A DNA stretch of 64,000 bases from Massalongia carnosa. Its lineage: Eukaryota. This document shows, piece after piece, positions 12,624 through 25,381 of this stretch (position 1 is its first letter; every line of letters starts with the position of its first letter). The notes beneath the pieces were generated by a model. The model saw only the letters and a list, made by a program, of their open reading frames with translations, ran no database searches and was not told the DNA's origin. The DNA is taken from the NCBI GenBank assembly GCA_965645245.1, contig OZ287087.1, positions 1,550,001-1,614,000 on the forward strand, read 5' to 3'. Position numbers and translations under genes: made by a program.

Positions 12624-14514
12624 TTACGCCGCCCATGTGGCCGAGTCCCAGAGCCTGATCGTCGTGTCCCACGATGCGGACGCGATCTGCTTCCCGTCTG
12701 GCGAGAATGCCACCGCCTGAACAGAATCCGAATGACCCTTGAGGATGTTGCGCGAAGCCCTCGTGGCCGAGTCCCAGAGCCTGATCGTCGTGTCCCACGA
12801 TGCGGACGCGATCTGCTTCCCGTCTGGCGAGAATGCCACCGCTCGAATCCCACCCGAATGACCCTTGAGGATGTTGCGCGAAGCCCCCGTGGCCGAGTCC
12901 CAGAGCCTGATCGTCGTGTCGCTCGATGCAGACGCGATCTGCTTCCTGTCTGGCGAGAATGCCACCGCCCAAACAGAATCCGAATGACCCTTGAGGATGT
13001 TGCGCGAAGCCCCCGTGGCCGAGTCCCAGAGCCTGATCGTCGTGTCGCTCGATGCGGACGCGATCTGCTTCCCGTCTGGCGAGAATGCCACCGCCTGAAC
13101 AGAATCCGAATGACCCTTGAGGATGCTTGCCGTATGCCAATCGAATTGAGTCGCTGGTTCTGATTTTGAAGATGCTACTGCTTCCTTAGAAGTAGCTAAA
13201 GTCTTTTTAGTAAGCACGCCCGTAGAGCTATGCGTCTCGTAGGCCGAAATTGAGTCTCGAGTGCTCCAATTAGCAGAGGGCTCAGGATCTGAACAGTCCA
13301 GCGGTGTTGACATTGGCTTTGTAACATTGATTTTTCTGCAAAGATATCAGCAACACTACAACATTATTATTATAAGATATTATAATAATTTTCTGTCTCC
13401 ATCTATAAGAAGTAATACCTTGGAGTGTCGGGAGCCGCCTCTTCTATAAGAAAATCCAACCACGAATGTTGTAAACATTCATTAGCCCTCGGACGATCCT
13501 CAGATTTTGACGCCATTGAGCTTTTTAAGAAGTCGCATCCTTGTCCGCTTACTTTGTTTACAAGCAAGACATCCAAAGGAAATTTAAAGTTGCCCGCAAC
13601 ATACTGACCTAGACGGCGCGGGTCTTTGAAAAGAATCTCGCCGGTGAGTATGAAGAATGTGATAACACTTAGAGACCAGATATCAACAGCGTTTGTATAC
13701 CAATCATTTGATTCGTCGTTCAATTGAATAAAGCCAAGTACTTCTGGTGCCTTAAAAGCAGGTGTGCCTCTTTGGGTTCTTAATGCTGTAAGTCCCTCTG
13801 TTGCCCGCTTGCTGACTCCAAAGTCTGCGATCTTGACCCACCAATCTGGGCCTTTGTACACAACTAGTATGTTCTGTATTACTTAGAGTATTAGCTAAGT
13901 TTCTGATTTTATTGATGCATGTAGCTAGGCTTACAGCTGGCTTTAAATCCCTGTGAGCGAACCCTTTATCATGCATGAATTGTAAGCCTTCGAGGATCTG
14001 AAAAACGATATGCTGTCCTTCCTTCTCTGGTAGCGGTGATCCGAGGTACTTATGCAAATCACCATATGAAAGGTACTCCATAGTAATAAATATGCTGTCA
14101 CTATCATCATACCAGCCGAAGGACTTAACAAAGCATCGTTCGTACTAGCTTGACGTTAGCGTAAGGTATGGAAAAGTAGGTTGTGAATGATAACAGCAGT
14201 AGACTTACATTGCTGTGAGAAAACAGAGCAATAGCTTCCAATTCTCTGTAATAATCGCTGGACTCAAGTTTTCGGAACTTCTTTACAGCTCGTACTTTCC
14301 CTTCACTGTTCCCTTGAATACACCGCTCTAACCAGACGATCCCGAAACTGCCGCTGCCTAGCATCCTTTCTCTCATCCATTTTTCCTCCATGCGAACTTT
14401 TCTTTGTCTTGCCGCACTTCCAGAAACGTACTGGACGTGTTGCGTATATTCCGGATCAGAGTGGAATTGAGTCTCGAGCTTTGAAACCTGCACAAGGTCT
14501 GAAATAGGTGGCAT
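12624..14514 (-). CDS. Ser/Thr protein kinase fused to about 4 highly conserved WD40 repeats (3 introns)
   Basis: LGSGSFGIV, AVKK, HRDLKPA/NIL, IADFG, GTPAFKAPE, DIWSL. GT-AG introns at ~14208-14147, ~13935-13876 and ~13418-13340. Last exon has GH..SVxAVAFSPDGKQIASAS.DTTIRLWD repeats. Confidence 0.85.
12637..13125 (-). repeat. Tandem 126-bp repeats (~4 units) encoding WD40
   Basis: Near-identical 42-codon units visible at the DNA level. Confidence 0.95.
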
Positions 14515-14955
14515 GGTAGCGATCTGACATCTGCTCTTGTGCGGACAGGAGGCGCTTGGTCTGTAGATCATCAGCTCGAACTCACGCGCAAATCGTAAGA
14601 TGCCGGCAGTCACCGATCACAGCTTACAATCACAACGCGCAAAAGATGGTCGGTCATTCAAGATACCATAGCGTAGTATGTGAACTATGTCTGACCTACA
14701 TCCCGGAGCCTGAGCACTGCTCCGCATCAGCGACGGGGTCGTCGTCAGAGGCGCCGGATTCAATGGAGATGACAGGGTCCGGTTATTCTGAATGGCAGAG
14801 CGTGAAGGAGACCTCTCAAACACCTCTTTATGATATAGGTAGGTATAAGCTCGTTCTCATGATGGCTACGGAAAACGAAATCTAGCCTTATGCCTTCTGC
14901 CATAGGATTCAGCCCCGCCATCACATCCCCAAGCTCAAGCTTTACCTTATCAAGC

Positions 14956-15696
14956 GGGTGACAAAATAAAATTTAAAACAAAATTTCTACCCCACCAAAA
15001 TCATCAGACTTTTTATCCACCATCATATTAAATAATCATGAATCGATCCACCACTCCACTTCTTGAAATTACAGGGCCTGGAGTCGAAGTTCCTACACCT
15101 AATAAGGCAAAAATTCAAGGAGCTGTAGAATTTTGCGAAGCAATGGGAATATCTTATTATAAGGAAGACGTTTTTCGTGTGTTTAATGTTTCAAGACAAC
15201 AAGGCTACAAATATCTACGCAGCGAATCTTCACGAAGACATCATAATAATCCTGATATATCAGAGCAGCGGGGTCGAAAATCTATCATAACACCTCAACA
15301 AATACGAGAAATGGAGCGTATTCTTGAGACCGAAGGCATTTAAGCACGAGCTTTAACTTGGGAACAATTGGGCTACGAAGTTGGCTTGGATTGTAGTGGT
15401 CGCACTATTCAAAGAGCGATGGGTACGATGGATTATCACAAGTGTGTTTCTTGTAGAAAGGGCTGGGTCAATAAGAAAACAGCAGCGCATCGAATCAGTT
15501 GGGCAACTGTAATGCTTGAGAAATATCCTGAGCCGGAAGATTGGCATCATGTACGATTCAGCGATGAGGTTTATTTCGGCTGGGGTCCTCAAGGAAAACT
15601 ACGAATCATACGAAAACCTGGAGAAAGATATTGTCAGAATTGTATTCAAGAAGAGAATGAACCAGACGAGAGGGACAAAAAGCGTCATCATTGCTC
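14956..15696 (+). mobile_element. 5' part of a Tc1-like transposon, truncated
   Basis: HTH region, RGRKSII, RTIQRAM, WHHVRFSDE; stop at 15341; coding similarity ends abruptly at ~15695. Confidence 0.8.
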
Positions 15697-15753
15697 GAGA
15701 AGACTCGGGACAGTCCCCCCACCGTCCCCCCAGCGAAATTCATTCCAAATTAG

Positions 15754-17101
15754 GACTAGCTACAAGCCACCTGCCCATACTAAATAATTAGGTGCATTTA
15801 TTAATAATATTATAGGTACAGGCAGCCCTCTGTATAAATTTATCACTATGATAGGTAGACCACACTTCTTCTCTCCCTTAATCTTTTTCTTTGCTATGGC
15901 CCTCATATCAACGTCCCTGGATGCACGTTTGCAAAGGGCTATAGCGAGTTTACCGTCGTCTCATTGTCTTCCTCCGAGTGAGAGTGAAATCTTTATCTCC
16001 TGGGAGAAGGGAAAAACTAGATTTCGTCGCGGGGGTGTTGATTTGCTGCATGCGGCCGCACATTAATCTATTGATTTTCATAAATCAATAGAAAATGTGC
16101 AAAGAAGGGAGGGATACGCTCGTGAATTCGCCAAATTCACTGCTATTTTCAATAAAAAATGGCAGGATAAGGAGCTGGCGAGGCCACTTATTCCTACAAC
16201 TTTCCCCGACGAAATCCGACCGAAGGACAACCTCATGTATAAAAAGAGTCGGAGTCGCCGGCGGGCTTACACTAGCCGTGAGGCAGCTGAGGCAGATGAA
16301 GCTAAGCAGCGACGTGCTAAACGTAAGGACTCGATTGAAGAAGGGAGGAGAAGAAGGCATGAGGATGAATTGCGGGCAGGCGGTGAAGACAAGGGTATGA
16401 TTGACGATAAAAAACCCACGATATCAACAAATCGATCGATGTAGCGCGGCTATTATTCGGTATATATTCCGGAGATGCTATCAGCGTATCTGACGACGAT
16501 GACCTGCAATATATAGCAACTTAGCCTACCCCCGATCCTCCACTCCCTCTGAATGAGAATGATGATTTTATCCCTCCATCCCCAGCATCTTCTTCCGATT
16601 CATTTGAGGATATTGATGAAGTGCTGGCGAAAAATAGCCAAAAGGCTCTTTCCCAAACGGTTCCTTCTTCAAAAGCTCCTTCCCTTTATAGCCTCAGTCA
16701 AAAAAACATCCGCACTAGTCAGCTATCATTCACATCGTCTGCAACAACAACACGAGGGTCACGGGGTGTGGTAGCCAAAAAATCGAAGGCTCAGTTAGAG
16801 TTGGAGTCTTAGCAGAGGGCCGACCAAGCGGCTAAACAAGCAAGGGCTGAGGAGAGGAAAAACGCAGCTGCAAGAAAGGTTGCTAAGGCTATGAAGCCTA
16901 GAAAGGATGATGTTTCGCAATTGAGTGATGCATTTTCGGAATTGAGATCAACGCAATGAGTGGTAGGGGTAGTAGTAATAGTAGTAGTATGAATAGATGA
17001 GGATTTTTCAGAATGCGGGGCTAAGCTAAATCAGCTAGAGGAAGCCCGGAGAGACGGTGGACGTGCACATATTTAGTATGGGGAGGTGGCTTGTAGCTAG
17101 T
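15754..17101 (+). mobile_element. Internally deleted MULE-like element with ~31-bp inverted repeats
   Basis: ACTAGCTACAAGCCACCT.CCCATACTAAAT is mirrored at ~17071-17101. Remnant peptides (HCLPPSESEIF; RRRAYTSREAAEADE) resemble fungal MULE transposase N- and C-termini. Confidence 0.6.
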
Positions 17102-18275
17102 GTGACGAAGCGAGATAGTGAATAGATTTCTACCATTGCGCCACCTGTCCTCCAGACCAAAAGGCAAAATACTTAGTCCGCAGACCAAGTTCTATTCTAC
17201 TATAACTGGGACTCCTGCTACAGTACTAGGCCAAAAGTCTGCGGCCCCGCACCTTACCAACATTTCAATCATTCTATTCAATCAACAATCAACCACGTCA
17301 CGATTGCTGAAATATCTTGAAACTTTACATAATGATTACATAAATAAAGAATTCCCCCAAAAATTGATTTTTAATATTTAGTATACAATCCTTCCGACGC
17401 TATACACGCTTTTATCCTCCTATTCATGCTCTCTATTAACCTCCTAATCATTTTCACATATATCAACGTCCAGGCTTCTTCTAACGCTTTCCAAAGTACC
17501 TCACGAACAGTTTCATCACTGCCGATCACCAAATGTCAGGCGATTAGGTGTCACATGACCCGCCATGGGTCACATGACCAATGACCCCCTATTAGATATA
17601 TCCCTCAGTTAGCTAGCCTAGACCTCCCATATAGATCAATACATACCACTCCTTTTCACCCATATTTCACATTAGCCCATACAGCTTGATAGTTATGAGC
17701 CCGGTGAGCATAGAAGCTTCAAATTCCTACTCATTGATTTAGTTGAATAAAACTCTCTTCCCAAAACGATCCAACAAAACGATCAAAATGGAGGAGACCA
17801 ACAAAGCAACGATGATCGCACTAACCCCCGAGAATTATCATCTATGGATAAGGGAATTACAAGGAATATCCGAGAAAGCGAAGGTATGGCAATATGTAGA
17901 CCCCAATAGTTCAAAACCGGAGCCCGAAGAGGGAGAATATCCGGAAGTCTCACAATATCAAGTCCCTATACAAGCACAGTCAGGAGGTGGAATTGCATAC
18001 CCCATAATAGAGGGAGGAGTTGCAATAGCCACGAAATCGGCTGAAAGATACGGCGATTTATCGACTGAGCAAAAGGAGGACTATAAGATGGAGATATCAT
18101 CCTATAAGATGAAGGAAAAGCAAGTGGAGAAAATCGCCCAAGGGCTCAGACTAGTGGACAATGCACTAAAGAGCTCAGCACGAGCATATATACCTCCCAA
18201 TAAGATGGCTTCATCAGTTAGGGAAATAGTGAAAATTCTGGCTGCAAGCTATAAGCGGTCAGATGACCAAGTCAT

Positions 18276-18622
18276 TGTCATGGAGTGACTGGGCACCTGC
18301 CAGTTAGTTCATTGAATCAACCTTAGCTGCTTGAACGAAGCACTAGCCGGTTAGCCATCCGAATGGAACTAAGCTTAATCCGGTTCAAAGGTAATTGTTC
18401 CGACTATCAATAGTGTCATGGCGATAGTTTCATGCTAGGGACTTGGGGGAAATTGAATCAACGGCTGGATTGGGACTAGTTCCGTTCGCCAGAGTCTTAT
18501 ACTCGCCCACGTTGGGTTTTCTGTTTCTTTTCTCCTTGTCGAACGTCTTGTCCACCAAGCTAGACAATCAAGTAACACACGTTTGTACCACCTGAATTCT
18601 TACCTGACCTCGCACCGTGACA
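18276..18622. mobile_element. Solo LTR inserted in Copia gag
   Basis: TGTCA...TGACA termini with perfect 5-bp TSD GTCAT; the gag frame resumes afterwards. Confidence 0.9.
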
Positions 18623-20939
18623 GTCATAGAGCAATTGCATGAGCAATTTCTAGCTCTAACAACCCCGCCCATTAAAGGTAAAATAGGGGCATGGGTCGCT
18701 GATTGGGAGAATATTAAGGGAGAAATTGTTGAGCTCAATGTAACGGGCCTATTTGGCTCCGAGACCATATTCATTAATGAGTTTCTCCAATCAGGGAAGA
18801 AATGGGGGCCCAATTTCTGTGAAAACTGGGTAATGCAGCATAGGGCTGCTAAGACGACGGTTGAATTTTACGAGACAACCAGGGAATATCGTTTAGCCGT
18901 GGAATCATTCCTGAATGAGGCAAAATCAACGTCTAGAAATCAAGCTAATGCAGCCCCACTGCAGGGACAAATGCAAGAGCAGATCAGTGATAAGAATAAC
19001 TCTAGCCAATCAGGAACGGGCCAATCGAGCCAATCATGGAATGATTAAGCAAGAGAGGCCAGATTCAAGAATAAAAAATGCGTATGTGGGATAATACACC
19101 TGTTCAGGCTATGCCCATATATCGTCAAATCAGCTCGCCCCCCTGCATGGAAGGAAGATAAAACTGTACGCAATGAAATGCGTCAGAAAATTCAGTCAAA
19201 CATTCGATTTTTCGTGACCATTAAGAGAGTCACCGATACCAACATACTAGATAGAATAACTGAGGAGTCAGTCAACAAGAGCTCTCAAAAAACAAAGAAT
19301 GATCAGGGCAATCATGACATAGAATTGCCTGGTCAATCCTTCTCATTTGCAAACGTCACATCTAGGACAAATAATCCCTTGCATAAGAGCGTCATATTTG
19401 ACTCCGGATGCGATAACCCCCTGACCTATGATAAATCACGGTTTATAGGAGAAATAACCCCAACTTCGTCAGACATGTGGGTGGACACCCCCGACGGGGA
19501 GATGAAAATTCAAGGTCATGGCACAATGAGAGTAAATAGCCTATTGAATGGTCAGAAAAGGGAGCTATTTTTCGAAGGAACAGCCTATATTCCTGATTCA
19601 TCAGTCACCTTAGTCTCGGCCAATAAGCTGAAAAAACGAGGCTTTTTCTGGGATATGTTCACTGATACTCTGATTAACAAGGAGACAAAGCAGCATATAT
19701 GTGAAATAAAGGACCATTATGGACTCCCAATCATAGAATATAACCCTGAATTCATAGATATGGGGTTTGCTAACTCGGTGCAGCCACGCGATATGTCAAA
19801 GGCTACTCCATGGAGATTGCATCTTCGGCTCGGCCATTGTCGACCAGAGGTGATCGATCAGCTGAAGAAGATCGATGAGGTGACAGTTTCAAAAGGAGAA
19901 AACGCACCTAGAACCATTTAATGCGAAACGTGTGCAGTCTCCAAAATGCATAGAATTATCAATAAAGCTCCGTCAGGGCGTGCCATCAAGCCATATCAGG
20001 TGCTTCATTTTGACCTAACTATCAATGATAAGGGGTTCGATGGAACGAGCTGTATAGCTCATTTTACGGACGAATTTATCTCATATGTATGGGTTTATCC
20101 ATTTAATAATCATAAGGAAAAGACTCGATTGCCCATATTCAAAAGCTTGATCAATCAATGCGATAGGGCTGGCATTTCCATTAATTCAATGGTAACCACG
20201 ATTCGCACGGGGCAAGAAACATCAGTAGGAAAGGCCCTAGAAGCATGGATCAGTTAGCAATGCATATAATAGTCATGGTCAGCAAAGAATACCCCTGAGC
20301 AAAATGGCGTTTCGGAGCGTTTCGGAGCCCTATTAACGGAAAAAGCTCGATACATCAGGGAATATGCGAAAATGCCAGAAGACCTGTATCCGGAGTGCTA
20401 TTTAGCTGCAGCCCATCTGATGAATCGAACCCCCAATAAAGCTCTAGAATGGGACTCCCCATTGGTCAAATTACAGAAACTGACCAATCCGGGCCAATCA
20501 GTCAGATACGAGCTGGCTCATCTAAAAGTGTTGGGTTGCAAGGCGTATCCATTGCTAAAAGGGGCCGATGCTCCTCCCAAAAGCAAAAAGTTGAAACCTA
20601 GGGCATTTGTTGGCTATTTGGTTGGCTATGATTCAATCAATATCTTCAGGATATGGAATCCAGAAAAGGGAGATGTCAGCGGTTATAGAGACGTCATATT
20701 CAACGAAGATGAGCTTTATAGCGCCTATACGTCGAATAAGGAGCTATTGCTAAAGGAGACTGAAAAAGCGAGCTTTATAGAGTTTCATGTAATTGAACCA
20801 CGCCCCGCATTTCAGGAGATAGATAGTGAGAAAGAAGAATGGCTAGACTTATCAGTCAATAAGCGTATAGAGCAATTGACCATACAAGATAACTCACCTA
20901 GTCAGGACGAAATACAGGAGAAAATAACTCCCTCATCAA

Positions 20940-21426
20940 TGTCACGAAATCAGGTCGAGGGCAAGGGCAAAGGCAAGGTGGGTTGATGGTCAAGCTTATT
21001 GATTGAGTCTATAGCTATGAATCTAGGCTAGGCTAGGTTGGCTATTCAAGACGTTCGACAAAGAATCAGAACTTCCATGATTCGGCTTCTTTCTTATATC
21101 TTTGTCCTCCCATATTCATCTTTCTAGGGTGGCGGCGAATGATGTCTAGTCAGTGCGATGATGAATGAGGGGCATTATAGCGGCAATAAGCACGATGGGG
21201 TCAGCGAGGAGACGGGAGATGTCAAACATCAATGCGAAGCTATTAGACATGATAATAGTCGAAAGACGGGAATAAATCATCAATGCGAGGCTGATTAATG
21301 ATCAGTAATCGGCGAATTCGAAGAATGATATGAGGGTCCCGAAGGCATGGCACGACGTCCGTGAGTAGTCATCAGATCAAGGCACGTGATAGAGGCACGT
21401 GGTGAGGTCGGAGGCATTTCATGACA
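20940..21426. mobile_element. Solo LTR inserted in the Copia IN-RT linker
   Basis: TGTCACGAAAT...ATTTCATGACA termini with perfect TSD ATCAA. Confidence 0.9.
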
Positions 21427-24400
21427 ATCAACGCCTATGCAACTGGAAACGCCGATAAAAACACCTGAACCAGATAGAAGCTGTAATATCTCCATAGATA
21501 AAAGAAGGGCCAAAAAGGTGAAGGCATCAACAATTGACCCTCCACAACTCCCGCAAACGGGCCGAACACCCCTCAATGTGACGGAAATAGAGCAATCATC
21601 AGGAAAAAGGAGCGATGGGATAAATGAGGCAAACTTTATAGAGGGAAAACGTACTAGGAAACCAAACCCTAGATACGCCGTAAATGGAGCTTGGTCAGCC
21701 GAAGAAATGTCGAAATTCCCTCAATTTCATACAGCGTTTATGGCGGGGAAGGCTAGAATGACTAATCAGCTCCGAACTGATGATTTGCCCGACCCCCCAT
21801 CTTATTGGCGAGCCCTACTAAGGCATCCCTATGCAGATGGGTTCATGAAAGCAGCAAACGTTAAATGGGAGGCACTTTTCCACAAAGAAACATGGGAAAT
21901 AGTTGATCAAGATGAGGCTATACAGCCAATATTGCCCCTCAAATGGGTTTTCACCTATAAGACTGATTCGGACGGCTATTTGGCAAAGTTTAAAGCACGT
22001 ATAGTGGTTAGAGGTGACCTACAGCAAGATAATGCTCAAGATGTTTATGCAGCTATACTAGCCTTCAAGGTGTTCAGGGCATTAATGGCATTAGTTGCTG
22101 CATTCGGGCTGAAAACGAGGCAGTTGGACGCTATTAACGCCTTTCTAAACGCTCACAATGACCAACCTATTTACTGCTTTTTGCTTGATGGTTTTAAGCT
22201 TAGAAAAAAGGTGCTATAAGTGAAAAAAGCGCTATATGGCCAAAGAAAATCACCCCTTCTATGGCTACGAATGCTAATAGGCAAATGCATAGAACTAGGG
22301 TTAAAACAGGTGCCAGGCGAACCATGCCTATTCTATACGCAGGGAATCATACTATTCTTCAATGTTAACGATATAGTAATGGCGTATCGGCCCAAAAAAG
22401 AAGCCGAAGTCGAGGAATATATGCAACGTTTCATGAAGATGATTGAAATACGGGACTTGGGTCTATTAACCTATTTTCTAGGCGTACGGGTCATTCATAA
22501 CATAGAAGAAAAGACGATCCACTTGATTCAGGACTCCTATATGAACAAATTAGCCAAGGAGAATGACATAGATGAAAAGTCGGAGGCTAAAACACCTCTA
22601 ACGCCCATATTCAATGAAGAACTGGCGGCATATGAGGGGGAGGTGAATCCGGCCAGAATGCATCTATATAGGAAGAAAGTTGGATCAATATGCTACCCAG
22701 CTATTATTACTCGGCCAGATATAGCAAAATCAGCTTCAAAATTAGCTGAATATCTGACTTACCCGGGACCTAGTCATATGAGGGCTGCAGACCATTGCCT
22801 ACGTTATCTATATGGGACGAAATATCTGGGAATCCAGTACTCGGCCAAAGGGGGCGGTGAAATCACTACTATGGCAAATCATGGACCGGTCCCGGCTAAT
22901 AAGCAGGTTTTTGAGGCAACGGCTGATGCATCCTATGCAAATAACCCAGATAGGAAAAGCTCCGAGGGCTATACATTCAAGCTATTTGGTGGGATGATTG
23001 ACTGGGCCGCTAGGAAGCAACTGACCGTGACCACTTCAACCACTGAGGCCGAGTTATTGTCTATGCTTCATGCGGGTAAAGAGCTCATATGGTGGATACA
23101 TCTGTTTGAAAAGCTACAATTTAACCTGGATCAAGATATAGTCATCTATAACGATAACCTACAGACAATTCGCATTTTGACCTCCGAAATGGGAAAAAAC
23201 TGACACTAAATTGAGGCATATAGACGTCGCCCAATGCTGGCTTAGGCAATCTGTGCAAAGGGGGGAATTATGTGTTGACTATGTGCCGACCAATCAGATG
23301 GTCGCAGATGGTTTAACCAAGATCCTACCTCCTCAAAAGCATCAACATTTCGTCAAGATATTAGGGCTAGTCAATGCCATTGACCTGGTCAACAATCAGA
23401 AGAAGAAATACGGCCACAAATTGAATCGGCCTAAATCACTAGAAATAAGGTAAAACATGGGAATTTTTCACCTAATATAGGTTTTTCGGTCATGGCAGCT
23501 TTGGTCAAAGCTGGGGGGGTATGTCAGGCGATTAGGTGTCACATGACCCGCCATGGGTCACATGACCCATGAACCCCTATTAGATATATCCCTCAGTTAG
23601 CTAGCCTAGACCTCCCATATAGATCAATACACACGACTCCTTTTCACCAATATTTCACATTAACCCATACAGCTTGATATCAAATCTATGTTCGGGTTGA
23701 CTTGATAGACGAGCCTTTTGAGCACATACCAAACGTGCTCGATGGGATTTAAATCAGGTTAATAGGGGGGCCAATCGATGACCTCTATGCCGTTCTCATT
23801 GAACCATTCCATCACATTTTTAGCCTTATGTATATGTGCGTTATCCTGCATGAAAATGAGGCCCGGTTGCCAAATTCCAAGCAGATTATCGTTCAATAAA
23901 TCCATATATGAGTTCGCCCAGTACCCCATCTTCTTCGCAGCAAAATCACAAGCCAATTTGTAAAGATCTGACTTGTCATCTCCCCAAAAAGCTGCCAAGA
24001 CCATGACACTGACTCCTTTGCCTTTGGGGACAGGTTGTATCATCTCTTTATTCCATTTTTCTTTCGGCAATCTGAATACCCACTGACGCTGTTTTCCTGA
24101 CCCCTTTTCCACCGAGCACTCATCTGACCATATAACTCTTGACCACTGCTAAAAAGTCTACTCACGCCGTAGCAAGCACCAATCCAATCGTTTCTTGGCC
24201 ATCTCAGGCGTCAATAAAGGTCGTTTTTTAGTCACCCAGTTGGTTAAACCATACAGTTTAAGTGCCCGATAAATGGTCGTACGACTGCAGCCAAGCCCCA
24301 CTTCTAGTTTGATTTATGCATAAGTGATTCATGGATTGATTCGTGCATGCTTGATGATATAACGTCGATCGCGTTCTGACAGCACTTCAGGCCGTCCAGA

Positions 24401-25215
24401 ACGTGATTTAGACACGCCGTCGTTGCGAGTTGAGTATTTCTAAATTGTGCTTTGCACGGTCGATTTAGTGAAATTAAGAGTCTTCCCAATCTCGGTCGGT
24501 ATGTGCCCCAACGCCTGGGCCCCAACAACTATACCACGTTAATATGGTGTCAATTCAGTGTTACGAGGCCTATTACCACTTATGGGGGTCAAAGAAGCAC
24601 GAAGCATGGTGAAATGATTAGGTGAAAGATGGGGGGTTGATGAGTTGAAAACGCGAAATCATGAAAATTACGGGATGGGCCGCAGACTTTTCGCACGGGA
24701 CTGTATATTCGCTGTAGGTCCTGCCGTCCGCACCACGCTTGGTCGAACCGTTACAGCTAGTCCTAATTTGCAATGATTTTCGCTGGGGGGACGGTGGGCG
24801 AATCTTCTCGACAGATTTGTGCCTTTTCGTCCTACATGGCTAATAGGTCGGTTAACTTAATTGTAAAGCTTATTTAACTGCGAGGTCGTTATACGTTGCC
24901 TCAGTACGGAGGATAACACAAAAAGTCCTTGGATGCGCTGAGAATGGCACTAAGGATTTAGCGCTACAGCAATGCCCCTTTTCCATATTTGATTTATCAT
25001 CTTTATTTTTCACATCAACCTTATTTTCAAAGGACAAAATGCATTGAAAATCAGTTCTATATGTAGACTTTTGACATGATCAGTCTACATCACTGTTATC
25101 AGATATAATGTCTTTATGATAGCGAATGCGACGATATTTAGAATTATATTGCCGAACCATACCATTGTCTCGACCCTCTCGATACTCGTTTACTCTATTC
25201 AAACCGATGACTTCT

Positions 25216-25381
25216 TGTCGATATTAATAGACCGTGGTTCAAGCAAATTCCCGAAGTAAGATCCTGTTGAAGGAAAAACACGTGATTTCGGACTAATAAC
25301 CGAGGGCCTCGATCTTTCAGATACTATTTCTTTCTAGGCCATATATCTGATTTCTAATACTCAATGATTTCAAAGCATTGT
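25216..25381. repeat. LTR-like ~165-bp direct repeat, copy 1
   Basis: Near-identical to 27555-27719; starts TGTCG. Confidence 0.8.

Larger units (their letters stand above)
17534..23679 (+). mobile_element. Ty1/Copia LTR retrotransposon, full length but mutated
   Basis: 158-bp LTRs at 17534-17691 and 23522-23679; TSD CCAAA/TCAAA; PBS-like GTTATGAGCCC; G-rich PPT. Protease DSGC, HLRLGH, integrase, RT (FKARIVVRG, LYGQ), RNase H (ADAS, TEAE, RHID, MVADGLTK); many stops. Confidence 0.95.
17221..24703 (-). mobile_element. Tc1-like transposon with TA TSD, split by a Copia insertion
   Basis: TA|CAGTACTAGGCCAAAAGTCTGCGGCC...GGCCGCAGACTTTTCGCACGGGACTG|TA. Transposase 24607-23680 (WSDE, FMQDNA, WPPY*PDLNPIE) resumes at 17533-17379 (EGLYTKY*). 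Confidence 0.9.
15695..24811. mobile_element. TIR element (probably Mutator-like, non-autonomous) with ~60-bp imperfect TIRs
   Basis: TCGAGAAGA..CCCACCGTCCCCCCAGCGAAA.TCATT.CAAATTAGGACTAGCT is mirrored at 24755-24811; no TSD found. Confidence 0.7.
12311..24907. mobile_element. Unclassified cargo-carrying element bounded by 13-bp inverted repeats and 48-bp direct repeats
   Basis: GTACTGAGGCAAC (12311-12323) / GTTGCCTCAGTAC (24895-24907); 46/48-identical direct repeat at 12363-12410 and 24848-24895. Confidence 0.6.

Noticed and set aside
12637..13125. CRISPR-like or non-coding tandem array
   Set aside because: No unique spacers; 126-bp units encode WD40 repeats in a eukaryotic gene.
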